A DNA stretch of 64,000 nt from Octopus sinensis (Eukaryota), in assembly GCF_006345805.1 (NCBI RefSeq), contig NC_042999.1, positions 133,486,001 to 133,550,000 of the forward strand. Reading direction: 5' to 3'. The stretch's first letter is position 1; every line of letters starts with the position of its first letter. Positions 40,100 through 54,469 of the stretch are shown here, one piece after another. Below the pieces are notes generated by a model. The model saw only the letters and a list, made by a program, of their open reading frames with translations, was not told the origin of the DNA and made no database searches. A program made the translations under genes and the position numbers.

Positions 40100-40715
40100 C
40101 ATTGCACAGTGGAGTAGCGGAATCTATTAAATGCCAAGCAAAATACCTTGCGGTCTTTAGTTACATTCTGCTAGGTTCAGAGTTCAAATCATGAAAGTGT
40201 CTATTTTGCCCTTCGAAGATTGTAAAAATAAGCACTCATCAAATCTAGGGTCGATCAAATCGCCAATATCATTCCCCAAAGTGTGTGGCCTTGTGACTAC
40301 ATTAAAAGAATTAATTAATCATTATAGTTAGATATATGTATGCAGGCGTTGCTGCGTGGTTAAGAAACTTGCTTCCGAACTGTGTGATCTTTGGGTCAAT
40401 CCCACTTCGCGGCTCGGTCCCACTGCCTTGTGACTGGATTTGTAGAGAGAAATGGTAAAGAACTTGCCGTGTGTATATATATATGTATGTATGTATCTTT
40501 AAGTGTGTCTTTGTGTCTGTACACCATCGCCGCCTGATAGCCGTTGTTGATTTGTTTACATACCAGTAAGTTAGGGGTTCGGCAAAAGAACCCTATAGCA
40601 AAATGCACTAGTCTTCAAACATGAATCCTGTTATTGATTTGTTCGACTAAACCATTCAAGACGGTAATCCAACATGGTTACAGCCCAATGATTGAAGCAA
40701 ATGAAATATAAAAGA
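40100..40715 (+). mobile_element. Degenerate SINE B2 (40100-40320) followed by degenerate SINE A (40342-40715)
   Basis: Recognisable B-box, body and tail motifs with many substitutions. Confidence 0.65.
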
Positions 40716-42351
40716 TGCAGTGTTTGAAAATTAAGAAATTTTGAAGAAGCTTTTTGTATCTTCACAACGTTTACTGTAAAACTTATGATAAATTTATTGC
40801 TGTTACAACTCTAGATTAAATGGAACGAGAGCTATGCAATACAGCGAATCGCAATCTCTTTTTCCTCCTCATATATTGAAATATGCTAATACTGGTTTGG
40901 AAACTGTCTCTCTCAGCCATCTCACACAACTTACACGTGGACCTTCACTTTACATGTCGATGCGTTCTTAAGTAAAAAAAGAAAGCCTGTTAATTGATTT
41001 GAAAATATGAAGTATGGGCTAATCCCTTTCATTTAGAAACTCAACCATTTAAAGTTACACATACGCACATAAACGCACACAAACACGCACGCACATATAT
41101 AAGGATTAACGTTTCAGAGAACTCTACGTCGGCAAGCACTTTTGATTCCGAATGAAAAAAATTAAGACTATCACTAGCTTTTTTTTCGGTGCGGCAAACA
41201 TCATCTTTGTATTCCAGCGTTCTATTAAGGTTAGTAACGTCGATGCTTCTAAAGTTTAGCTTGAATACGTATATCTGAATGAAAGAGATTTCAGCTAAGA
41301 ACAAACGTTTCGTTTTTTGTTGTTATTTTTCCGTGAAAAATGTAGGTTGATGTTCTGAGCGGTAGAAGGTGTGGAGTGGATAGTGGGATTACTTAGTAAT
41401 GAAGCATATTAAGCATGATAAGTGGGATAAAGAGAATACATGTAATCATCGGCTTAGGTGGCAATGGCGTCAAGTACATAGTTCAGAGAAGCAGGGGCCG
41501 TGAGAGCGTCCGAAGAATCATTGAGAAGAAACGGAAAATTTGTTGGCTATTCGTTCTGATATATATTATGCCCAGATTTTCGTACATCTGTATTCTTATT
41601 CTGTACAGATTGTTATCAAGGACTTCCAGATTCACCAGTATGTAATATATGTTTGACTCGGTCCTCGTTTCAATGTATATATAAGTAGTTATAAGTAACA
41701 AAGTCTCTCGTGAATATCCAACAGGACTTGAGATCAATCGTTTTGATCAAATGGTGAGATACCGTTCTGAGGTTTAATCAGTTTAGTTACTGTTCATAAC
41801 AAGACTACAATTATGTGTTTATTTTAAAAAAATACATCTTTCATTGTGTGTGTGTACATGTATGTATATGACTGTGTACATATATAAGCACACACGCACA
41901 CACATATTATATGAGACAAAATCTGATTAAAACCTGAATGATAAGCTACTAAATAATAATACTAATTAAAAATATGAGAGTAGAAAAAAGTGAACGTGAG
42001 TCACAAATAGAAAGTTGGAGGGAAAAGTATTACTGAAAAGATTACTTTTAAGGATATAGATTTGTGTTTAAACATTGAAATATAGTGATAAAGAAAGAGA
42101 ATAAATGGAAGACAATAGAATGAGGGGGCGAAGCACAAGTCTGCGTTAAAAGAAGGTAAAGATTAAGAGAGGGTAAAGACAAAAGATTTGAGCGTATGTA
42201 TTAGTACGTGATGAAGAGAGAAGATGCACTGATGCTGGTGGTAGATAAGTAAGTAAGTATACGTATTCTGCATAGGGGTGTATAGGTGCATAGGTGTGTT
42301 TCATATACGCCATCTACATGTACAAGGATATATGTATTAATGTTAAAAAAA

Positions 42352-42680
42352 AAAAGACTCCGCCGGTTACGACGACGAGGGTCCCAGCTGATACGATCAA
42401 CGGAACAGCTTGCTCGTGAAATTAACGTGCAAATGGCTGAGCATTCCACAGACACGTGTACCCTTAACGTAGTTCTCGGGGATAATCAGCGTGACACAGA
42501 GAGTGACAAGGCTGACCCTTTGAAATACAAGTACAACTCATTTTTGCCAGCTGAGTGGACTGGAGCAACGTGAAATAAAGTGTCTTGCTCAAGGACACAA
42601 CGCGTCGCCGGGAATCGAACTCACAACCTTACGATCATGAGCCGAATGCCCTAACCACTAAGCCACGCGCCCTCACTGTA
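42352..42680 (-). mobile_element. SINE family C head + tail 2
   Basis: Head as in 11621-11975; tail as in 25621-26005. Confidence 0.88.
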
Positions 42681-43460
42681 TTAATGTAATAAGCAATTAG
42701 AATGACAATGAAATAAACAGTTATATCCTGAACTTCATTAGCTTACAGCTGTTTCTGCGAGATGTAATGCATTCATTGTTTTCAGTTTCCTCTTCCTTGT
42801 TACGTTCTATTATATCCCTTTTCTCTTTCTCTTGCGTTCTATAATATCCCTTTTTTCTCTTTCTCTTTGCGTTCTATTATCTCCCTTTTCTTTTCCTCTT
42901 TCTGTCGTTGCCTTGGATCCTGTATCTGTCATCCAATCTCTATTCCTAGGATATTTGTTTTACTTATTGTTCCCTTTGTTTCACGACCGCAGGTTCGTGA
43001 GGTGGTTGTGATCTATGAGCAGTTTTGAGGAGGAAGCAGAAAGAGAAGTATGAACACGCAATACGCATATACACACTGAAATCGTAAAACGGAAGAGAAG
43101 AATACAACTGCAATGTGCCTGTCAAAATAAAATGGAAGAAAAGAATAAAAACGCAGTGTCAAATAAGTTATATATGTATTGCATGCCAAATCTGACACAA
43201 CTATCAAGCAGCTTTGCAGCAATTTTCTTACATACCTTTTTAAGTCTTTCCTACTTCTGTTCACAGAAACTCTTTATATACCTCTCTTTACACACTTTTT
43301 AAAAAATACCTTATTCTAGTTCGGTGGGAGGAAGGCTTCTACCCATCAAACTCCTCAATTCATTTCCCACTAACGTTTACCCTTTTTCATTGGTAATGCT
43401 TTTCTTTGCGTATGTATAAATGTAAATGTTTCCCCAAATAAAACTGCACTTGATGTTTGA

Positions 43461-43541
43461 AGCTCTGCCGAAGCTATAGGGTGATACTCAAGCACTCAAC
43501 TATGAGCGCATTGCATATTATAGCAGAAACAGCTATAAGAT
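43461..43541 (+). ncRNA. Degenerate hammerhead-like motif
   Basis: agct-CTGCCGA-a-gctata...tatagc-a-GAAA-cagctata-agat. Confidence 0.4.
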
Positions 43542-44143
43542 AACGAAGTTCATAACATAACTATTTATTTCTTAGTCATTTTATTTCTTATTACAATTCT
43601 GTACTTGACTACTACTTCGTTCTGAAGCATATGTATATTGAGTTCTAACACCAGGTTAGTAGTATCGTTATGCGTAAGTGAAATATCAGAATGTATTAAT
43701 GTATAAGCAAAAGTACACACACACACACACATACACACACACACACACAGATACATAGAGAAAGATATATATACACATATATACACAAATATGCGTATAT
43801 AAATATTATACAAACGCACACATATGTTTGCATTTATGCACATATGCATGCCATGCATATAGAATGTAATTATGTATGGATATGTGAGAGTGTGTGTGTG
43901 TATGTATGTTTGTATTTATGTATGTATGTATGTATGTATGTATGTATGTATGTATGTATGTATGTATGTATAAACGGGCTTCTGCAAACCGTTCAATCTG
44001 ATAACTAGCATTGTGCTGATTCCAAGCAATAAATGCCACAAACTGTACCCAAGAGATGAGACAGAGGAACCAAAATGTCTCTCATGTTTAAAGTATAGTA
44101 CTCGGTATTTTTCATGGTTCTGTAACAGAAAACTACTGTTATT

Positions 44144-44178
<35 letters not shown>

Positions 44179-44519
44179 TCAAGAACGGCAGCGACATCAT
44201 CAGCCTATATTATGGCTGCATAACGTGTAATTTAATGAGGGGCCTCTGTCATCCAAAAGTCTGCCCCGAGATATTTGAACGGCAATGGGTGTCTCTCGAT
44301 TTATAACCGAGCAGTTGCGGCCATTTATTTGACGTAGAAATCTGATCTGTTAAAGGATTTTACTCAATACTTTCGGAGTTCGCTGACGGTGAATTCTGCG
44401 CGTAAATTATAATTTACGAGTGTTCTAAATTTTCATTAGTTCAGAATATGTCTACTAAATTATGCATGCATTTAGTTTCAGCAATGAGAAAACCTCTTGA
44501 TAGTATTTAATACAAGCTC

Positions 44520-44521
44520 AC

Positions 44522-44568
<47 letters not shown>

Positions 44569-44569
44569 G

Positions 44570-44638
<69 letters not shown>

Positions 44639-44639
44639 C

Positions 44640-44721
<82 letters not shown>

Positions 44722-45008
44722 GTCTATCAGTTCTCGCTTTATTTCCCTTCGTCCTCTCTCTGCCTTTTCTCCCTCCATGTGTATTTGTGTATGTATGTAT
44801 GTATGTGTATGTATGTATGTATGTATGTATGTATGTATGTATGTATGTATGTATGTATGTATGAATGTATGTATGAGAGAATGTGCGTATGTGTGCATGA
44901 GTGTTTATCGCAACATGCACGTAGACACATGTGTACGTACGTACAGATAGATAGATGGATAGAGATGTATGTATGTATGTATGAATGTATGCGTGTCTGA
45001 TATATGTT

Positions 45009-45076
<68 letters not shown>

Positions 45077-45630
45077 ATAGATATATTTACAGATAGATAT
45101 ACAGATAGATAGATAGCTAAGTAGGTAGATAGGTATGTAAGCAGGTAGATGGATAGATAGAGAGACAGAGAGAGAGAGGAAGACAGACAGACAGGCAGAC
45201 AGACAGATAGATAGTGAGAGAGAGAGAGAGAGGGGGGGAATGTATATAAAAGCAATTCATGATCTGTTCATGGCATATCAGTAACAATATACATTATATA
45301 ATTTATCATATGTTTGTAAATAGTGTTTCATCGATAAAATGTCATTTCCATAATACACTTCTTACTCTTACTGTTTACACTCATTCGTTTAGACCACTGG
45401 GCCGTATCTATGCTACGAGACCAGTAATAATGCTGTCGCAATATGTCTATTTGTGTGTGTATGTATGTATGTATGTATGTATGTATGAGTGAATGTGCGT
45501 ATGTGTGCATGAGTGTTTATCGCAACATGCACGCAGACACATGTGTACGTACGTACAGATAGATAGATATGCAGGTATGTTTATGTGTATATATGTATAT
45601 GTTTATATATATATATAAGTATGTGTTATG

Positions 45631-45709
<79 letters not shown>

Positions 45710-45825
45710 TGCGGTCGATTTCTTGGATGTAACTTTAAACCTGTAAACGGGCAAACATATATATATTTGTGTTTGTGTGTACATATCTACATATTTATAC
45801 ACATATCTATATCTACAGGTTGATT

Positions 45826-45880
<55 letters not shown>

Positions 45881-45893
45881 GTAGCTGTGTAAG

Positions 45894-45937
<44 letters not shown>

Positions 45938-45977
45938 GATAGATAGATAGATGATAGATAGATAGATAGATAGATAT

Positions 45978-46008
<31 letters not shown>

Positions 46009-46010
46009 TA
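44520..46010. repeat. Compound microsatellite field: (TATC)n, (TATG)n, (TA)n, (AGAT)n
   Basis: Read directly. Confidence 0.9.
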
Positions 46011-47439
46011 CTATTTGTATATGCCCGCACATATATAATGTAGTAATATATTGCTATGCGCAGTGTGCATGAAACTTCAGAGTACACCTTGACACCGCGT
46101 CACCGCCACTTATAGCTTTCTTTTCAGTTATTCCATCCCTTTGTTATATAATGTAGTGTAGCCATATGTTTCCTTCACAGAGAAACACCTGTTCCAGTAC
46201 CGTTATCTTACGTCAGACTCTCAACACCTGGCACAAAGCTACCTTTCTATCTACAACATGCCAGTTCATTCGAAGGAGGGGTTCATTTCGTTTCTCTTGT
46301 ATGTTACTTGGTAACGTTCCGGTACCAGTGCAATGGAAAATGCACTCTGTATACGCTTTTAAGTGGTGTCAGGAAGGGTGTCCGTCCGTAGAAACCATGC
46401 CAATGCAGATGTTGGAATTCGATGCAGTCCATACATAAACATACTTACATAGATATATATAAACAGCCACAATGTAACTACTGCAGATTTGTGTGTGTGT
46501 GTACCTCGCGAACACATGGACACACGTCTAATTTATGCACACAGTCAGCTATTTATGAAAATAAAGAAGGCGTTTCTTTCTTTGCCTAAGATCAACAGTG
46601 ACGTAAACACTTGTTTATACTGATACTGGGACTAAAATAAGATATCTATGAGACAAATATATGCTTTGCATTTACATTTCAGAGGACCTTCATTAATTAA
46701 CCTATATTACACTGTTTATCATATTATTTTTCCTTAGGTAGCGATTATCATTTCCTATTTGCATACCCCTAAAAAGTATGAAAAATCGTTAATATTTCCT
46801 TCAAACTTTAATTTTGTTGCATTTATTCAAATCCCAAAGAATCCCACTCGACACATGGCTATGAAGCCCTCCCCACTACTCCTGCTCATCGTCAGAGATG
46901 CACATATTGTCGGCTACTAAGGGACATACTCAAGTGAGTAAGGTCAAGCAACTGGCAAGGAAATCTGTGGTACTGAGCAGGATATTTGTTATAACGATAT
47001 CTTTGTCTGAAATGTAGTGGAAAACAGGTCTGTTTCAAAACATTGATGTCCAGGTAGCAAAAGCAAAGTTTGAAGGGAACAGTAGTCATTTCCTTTGATT
47101 TCTAGGTAGAAGCAAATAGGAAATAACACTTACTGACCAAAAACAAAAGCAAAATTAAAATTTTGTCATACAGCGCAAATTAGATACACAAATTAGAATT
47201 ACCAGTTTAGCTATGTTCTAATTTGAATATACTTTAAACAGCTATTAGCTACTAATCCCTCCATGGGCAGTACGAGGTGTGTATTCTTTCACTGAAGGTC
47301 GTCTCAAAAGTCCAGAAATTAATCATATTGGTCACTCCCTTTTCTCCCACTGAAAAAGAAAACGTTCACTGTGTTTAAGCTACTTCACTCTCCATGGACA
47401 GTACGAGATGAATTTTCTTTCACTGAAGAACATCTAAAA

Positions 47440-47780
47440 TAGTTGTTCTCAACCATTTTTTACGCATGGATCACTTTGATTACTATTTTACTCTGGTAGA
47501 CCCCGTAGCCATTCGATGTTTAAAAAATAGTTTTATAGATAGTTCTTTCAAAATTCCTATTTTGTTTTTCCACGCATTCACCTGTGTAGGTTGAACTATG
47601 TATAACGTTAGAGAAAGATTCCTAGCTGTTTCTAGCAATAAACGCATCTAAAGCAAACATTTTTCAAGGCTCCCTAAAATGCTACTATAAATCCCCAACT
47701 TACTATTTTGCTTATGTAGACACCTAAGAATATTATAGAGACCGCCCTGGGTCCATATGAACCCTGAATGAGAAGCACTC
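47440..47780. mobile_element. Second, older copy of the hAT MITE
   Basis: Co-linear with 33523-33963; degenerate TSD atctaaaa/gtctaaaa. Confidence 0.8.
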
Positions 47781-48731
47781 GTCTAAAAAGACTTGTCAGA
47801 TCGGTCACACCTTTGACGACTTTGGCTGTGTATCTATCTACTTTGCTTATTTTTCATACTCAGGCTAAAATTATATGTTTATTTTGAAAAAAATAAATCT
47901 CATACAAAATATTTGAAAGAACCAACATTTATGTAACTGTATAAACGGAGACTATACGTCATTGTAAAGTATTTATTAAGTGAAATAAACTCAGTTTTAA
48001 TCTATGTGAGTTATCCACCTTAAGACTTGTTACTTAACGGCCTGTTCTTTAGATTTACCGCCTGCTTTTGAACCAAATTACAATCTGATATCGTTCATAT
48101 TTCTTTTCTACACTAGCATTCATATATCATCAACACCAGATAGTACAGCAGTCTGCAGACAAATAATGGAAATATTAAGCTGGAATGGTTGATGTGAGCT
48201 AGCTGCCATCTCTGAAATCTGTGAGGGGTTTGTAGAATGAAAGAGACAAGGAAAGTGGTTTGAGTTATAAAGCAGATGAATAATATCTTTCCGATTGACC
48301 AAGTAATGTACGGTGGTGATGAATTTGTTGATTTATGGGTTTCAGTTGTTGAATGTAAATGTGAGAACTGACAGTTTGATGCTGGTGCAGGACTTCTCCA
48401 TGAATCATTCCTTAATATCAGACCACTAACAGCCGTAGGAAATATTCCTATTCAAATTCGCCAAAGTCAAACATAATATTGTACTCAATATAATATGCGG
48501 TAGAAAAATATACATTTGGATATCGAAAACTTGACAGCAGCACTACTTATGTATATATTATATATTATATATCATGAATATATACTTGTATGAACATCTG
48601 TATATATATGTATAGATAGCTCCACATACACACACTTACATACATATGCACATACAAACACACACACTCACAATTACACACATACACACAAACACACACC
48701 AAAATATGTATGCACATGTATATGACTTTTG

Positions 48732-48779
<48 letters not shown>

Positions 48780-49273
48780 TAAACACATACACATGCATAA
48801 ACGCACACGCACACATATATATACATATATGTATATATACATGCAGCCATTATGTGTGTGTGTGTGTGTGTGAACATGTGCGAGTGTAATTATGCAAATA
48901 TTTACACAGTCATAAATTCCAATGTGCATATGTTCATATGCATACAGACAGATGTAATTGCAAAATTTAGATCTATTAATCTTAAATCCTCATATAGCTG
49001 TTCCGACCGGCTTTCATAGAAGCAGTATTATTACTTACACATGCCGATACTGGCATACACTGATATTAATATAATGCGTATGTTAATATGCATGAATATG
49101 AATGCATAGATATAATCGTATGTACATATGTATGGGGCTGTATATGCTACTGCATGTGTGTGCGTGCATGCGTCGTGTGTGTCCGTGTGTATTTGTGTGT
49201 GTGTGTGTATGTATGTATTTATGTGTGCGTGCGTGTATGTGAGTGTGTGTTGTGTGTGCGTGTGTGTGTGTTG

Positions 49274-49336
<63 letters not shown>

Positions 49337-49518
49337 TGTGTGTGTGTGGTGTGTGTGTGTGGTGTGTGTGTGTTTTATACAAGATGACTATAATATGAAA
49401 CATTTTGAACGTTCGAAATATTTTCGTAAAATTACGAAGTGATCGCAAAAGTATAACTTATACTTCAAGTTAGCCAATGGCATAAGCAAATACACACAAA
49501 CACACATACAAACACACA

Positions 49519-49563
<45 letters not shown>

Positions 49564-49840
49564 GCACACACACACACGCACGCACACACACACACACACA
49601 CACACACAGAAATAAATTATTCGCGTTGGAGGAGTAATGTGCCCCTGATATTTTGTCGTAATGCAAAGACCCGTAACTCGAATTTATTTTCCCATTGATT
49701 TTCATATTATAAATTGAGATACCTTTCAAACCATCTACTCGAAGAAAAAATGTAACAGAACTACTTTTATGCTTGACAATGACAATTTCGCAGTTTCTAA
49801 ACATATACAGTACAATTGTATATATAAAGACATTTGAATA

Positions 49841-50365
49841 CCTAAATACTCGAGTATAATCCGCATTTTTTTCCCCAAAATTTAAAGGTCAAAATTCCTA
49901 GTGCGTACTATATACGAGGTTAAAAATGAAAAATATTTTCCAAGCAATATCTGAGTCTCTATTTGCTGTCCGGCAATGTTTATTCAGAGGAATTTTGTGA
50001 TGTCGGGCGCAAAAATACATTAAGCTAAGCCTAAAAGCAATGAAGTCATAAAAGAATCATCCATAACTTGCAGTAAGCAACATTTATTAAAATAAAAGTA
50101 TTCAGAACTCAGAATAACACGTAACAAAAGCAATTTTCAAACATATTTACATTCTCATATAACAGTTAAGAACATCACCATTATTGTATTACGAATGCGC
50201 GGAAGTGTTTGTTCGACTAGGTGCTGCTGGCTTAATTACGCACGACTCAAGTTAGAAGAGAAGGAGTGCCTATTATACACAAGGTTTAGGTTTTTCAGAG
50301 GTACAGCCCCCTTAAAATCCCCTGCGTATTATACTCAAGGGCGGACTATACTCGAGGATTTACGG
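49841..50365. mobile_element. Tc1/pogo-type MITE
   Basis: Left end cctaaatactcgagtataatccgc; right end read as reverse complement is ccgtaaatcctcgagtatagtccgc. TA flanks; internal tgcgta(c/t)tata repeats. Confidence 0.75.
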
Positions 50366-50654
50366 TACGTGAATGAATAGATAAGAATCATAATACTGTA
50401 ATAGGATTTAGTAGAATGTTTGTATTTTTCATCTGTATTCTCAGCTTGCTCGAGAGTTTCCAGAGAATAAGGGACTATATATTTTATCTTGTTGTTAACA
50501 TCAACAGCTGCTCCAAGGACGAAGAACTTAGACACAATTGTTCATTGTTTATGGTGCATCGTACAGAGCAGCGTAGATCTAAGCTCAATATATATTCCTA
50601 AGGTAGTTTTATTTTTTATGCTACATTCCACTATAGGTTATAACCCTTTAAATA

Positions 50655-50980
50655 GTGAAGACGCATGGCTTAATGGTTAGGATATTCGGCTCACGGTTCT
50701 AAGGTCGTGAGTTCGATACACGGCAGTGCATTGTGTCCTTGAGCGAGACACTTTATTTTACGCTGCTCCAGTCCATTCAGCTGGTAAAAGTGAGTTGTAC
50801 CTGTAATTGAAGGGGCTAACCTTCTCACATCCTGTGTCATGCTGAATATCTCTGAGAACAATGTTAAGTGTATATGTGTCTGTGCAGAGCTCAACCATTT
50901 GCACCTAAATTTCACGAGCAGGTTTTTCCGCTGATCGCATCAACTGGAATCCTCGTCGTCGTAACCGTCGGAGTGCTAGT
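50655..50980 (+). mobile_element. SINE family C head + tail 2
   Basis: gacgcatggcttaatggttagg...gtgtccttgagcgagacac...aatttcacgagcagg...cgtaaccgtcggagtgc. Confidence 0.85.
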
Positions 50981-51029
50981 TTAACCCTTTAGTGATATTC
51001 CTTGCAGCCAATATAAGCGATGTTAGTGA

Positions 51030-51900
51030 AGTTTCTGCATTCTTATCTCCTTTGTTAATAGCATCAGCTCCTCATAAGATAAACGCTCTCTTATAAGACA
51101 ACAGCAACTCAACATATCATCTTCTATGACTTCATCAGACACTACATCATTTTCAAATGTCTCAATATCTTTGATATAGACTTTCTGTTTGTGGAAAATT
51201 TGTAAAGTTACAGATACAGCCTCGCCATAAATTTTCCGAAACACCACTTCATCCACGTTATCTACAACATTCACCATGCTGAACATCTTCCAGAAGTCTC
51301 TAACTGTAGGTTTACCCTCCCTGTCAATTACTTTCACAAGTTGTTTGAAAGTTGCCAGATAAATCGCTGAAGTTAGATATCACATCTTGATCCATTGACT
51401 AGAGGAAAGAAGTTGTACTCTTGAGGATATATTCCGCTGTCACATTATCAAAATACTTATTTACAGTCCTGGGTAGATTGGTGTATTGTCTAAAAGGAGC
51501 GACGCTTTGTTGGAAATATATTATGTATGGAACAGTACTTTTCTACAGTAAGTCAAAAATATTTCTAAACCACTCTTGAAAAAGGGTCTTTGTCAGCAAT
51601 GCCTTCTTTGAACACCAAATCAGAGGCAAAAAGCCTTTGGATTTTAGGAGCGATAATCGAATAGAGGCGGTAAGTTCATATTACCATCAGCAATTCTTCG
51701 CACGAGAAAAATCAGAAGACTTTTTGTTGTAGAACCCATAGATACAATAAAATCTTTAACAAACACACGATTAAAATTATCTTTAAGTCAGGTATCAATA
51801 AGCAACAGACGATTGAAGCCAGATGCAAATGTAGAGACAAATCTAAATGTCCGCTAGCGCAGAAATGCGATATATATATTATTAATATACAGAACTCGAT
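51030..51900 (+). pseudogene. Decayed Penelope-like element (RT C-terminus and linker to GIY-YIG)
   Basis: YRYSLAI (degenerate YRDDGLAI) at 51209, LSITFTSCLKVA, HRYNKIFNKHTIKI at 51737 and CKCRDKSKCPLAQKC at 51824. Confidence 0.7.
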
Positions 51901-52147
51901 ACGATGAAACTTGTAGAATGTTCAAATCTCTTCAGTCTATTAACTCAATGTAAAGATTTCTTATTTCACCAGACTTAACATATTTTCGTGTCAGAACAAT
52001 GATGTTAGTCGGAAAGTAAATATGAACGATATACATCAGCATCGGTAGTGTTAAATCAAACAAAAATCCAATTCAAAAACAGAAGGAATATAAAGTGCCA
52101 TCAAGCAAATTAATGAATACTTAAATAAATTGCTAAGGCGGGCGTGG

Positions 52148-52337
52148 CTATATAGGCGCAGCCATGGCTGTTGAGAAGTTTACTTCCCAATCACGTGGAT
52201 CGGGTTCAGTCCCAGTGCGTGACACTTTGGGCAAGTGTCTTCTACTATAGCCTGGGGCCGACCAAGGCCTTGCTGGTGCATTTGGTACATGGAAACTGAA
52301 AGAAGCTCGTGATATATATATATATATATATAATATA

Positions 52338-52381
<44 letters not shown>

Positions 52382-52845
52382 TATATATATATACATATAT
52401 ACACATATACTACATACATATATGCATACATACATACATACATACATACATACATACATACATACATACATACATACAATACAACCATACATACATACAT
52501 ACATACATACATACATACATACATACATGCAAATAAATTAGGGTACCGAAATTAATAATGGTAGTAATAAATATATGTGTGTGCGCTCGCGCGTGCATGC
52601 GTGTGTGTATAGGTTTTTATATTTGTTTTTGTCGCCACCACCGTTTGGCAACCGGTGTTTGTGTGTTTATGTCCCCGTAACTTAGCGGTTTAGAAACGAA
52701 GACAGATAGAATAAGCTCCAGGCTTAAAAAAAAAAAGACAAGCACTAGAGTCAAATCATTCGACTGTAAAAATTCTTCAAGGCGGTGCCCCAGTGTGTCA
52801 GCAGGCCAATGACTGAAACAAGTAAACGATGAAAGCTAAAAGAAC
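52148..52845. mobile_element. SINE family A fragments: head on minus (52148-52312), tail on plus (52615-52845)
   Basis: Matches to family A. Confidence 0.75.
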
Positions 52846-53217
52846 ACGAAGAGTAAAGGGTTAATATGTTTAAATGTAAATGTAATTGCATTTGAGTACG
52901 TGTGAATGGATGGTCTGTATGAGCTTATTTCTTATTAACAAGTGCAATTTAACATTTTCACATTTAATTTACAACTGCAAAAGACGTTAACTGTTCAATG
53001 AATAATGTGTTTCAGCAAAGATAGTAAAAGGATGTAACTAAGCTCAGTTTTCCAGGTAGCAGTTAATTGTTTATTAATACTGAAATGAAAGATTATATTT
53101 CAGCAGTACTTAGATGAAGCATATGTCTAATTCGGTGCTTCTGTATAATAGCTGACAAATGAATACTCAATGCAATAGGTTATATGTATATATATATATA
53201 TAAACATTCAACGTAAT

Positions 53218-53634
53218 AGGCGCAGGAGTGGCTGTGTGGTTAGTAGCTTGCAAACCAACCACATGGTTCCGGTTTCAGTCCCACTGCGTAGCACCTTGGG
53301 GAAGTGTCTTCTGCTATAGCCCCGGACCGACCAATGCCTTGTGAGTGGATTTGGTAGACGGAAACTGAAAGAAGCCTGTCGTATATATGTATATATATAT
53401 ATATATATGTGTGTGCGTGTATGTGTTTGTGTGTCTGTGTTTGTCCCCCTAGCATTGCTTGACAACCGATGCTAGTGTTATTGCGTCCCCGTCAATTAGC
53501 GGTTCAGCAAAGGAGACCGATAGAATAAGTACTGGACTTACAAAGAATAAGTCCCGGGGTCGATTTGCTCGACTAAAGGTGGTGCTCCAGCATGGCTGCA
53601 GTCAAATGACTGAAACAAGTAAAAGAGTAAAAGA
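53218..53634 (+). mobile_element. SINE family A, young full-length copy
   Basis: Complete head, microsatellite and tail. Confidence 0.92.
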
Positions 53635-53675
53635 GTGTGTGTGTGTCTGTGTGTGTGCATATACATACATATATA

Positions 53676-53888
53676 TTCTTTTACTTGGTTCGGTCATTTG
53701 ACTGCGGCCATGCTGGAACACCGCCTTTAGTCGAGCAAATCAACCCCAGGACTTATTCTTCGTAAGCCTAGTACTTATTCTATCGATATCCTTAGCCGAA
53801 CCGCTAAGTTACGGGGACGTCAACACACCAGCATCGGCTGTGAAGCGATGTTGGGGGAGACAAACACTGACACACAAACACACTGACA

Positions 53889-53940
<52 letters not shown>

Positions 53941-54158
53941 TATATATATTATATATAGATATATATATATATATATATATCATAATATTATATATATATA
54001 TACATATATACGACGGGCTTCTTTCAGTTTCCGTCTACCGTTTTGATCGGCCCGATGCTATAGTAGAAGACACTTGCCCAAAGTTTCACGTAGTGGGACT
54101 GAACCCGGAACCATGTGGTTGGAAAGCAAGCTACTTACCACACAGTGACTCCTGCGCC

Positions 54159-54160
<2 letters not shown>
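53676..54160 (-). mobile_element. SINE family A, full length with an internal deletion
   Basis: Lies tail-to-tail with 53218-53634. Confidence 0.9.
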
Positions 54161-54225
<65 letters not shown>

Positions 54226-54469
54226 TGAGTGTGTGTGAGTGTGTTTGTGTGTGTATTAAATTAATAAAAACAGCTGGCTGCAATGTTAAACCGTATAGCT
54301 GATGTTATCAATTTTTGTATACACGTTAGCAATCTTCTATATCATCCATAATTTTTTAGGATAAAGATATATATTCTAACAGGCGAGGTAGCCTGGAATC
54401 TGCCGCACAAGTTGGTCTTACTGACGATGGCAACGATAGCCGTAACTAACCGGTCAGAGTCAAAAGAAC

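Noticed and set aside
44144-44176. (CAG)11 as a polyglutamine coding tract
   Set aside because: The Gln frame is closed by a stop just upstream and has no splice sites.
51023-51337. 104-aa minus-strand ORF
   Set aside because: It is the antisense frame of the decayed plus-strand Penelope-like RT.
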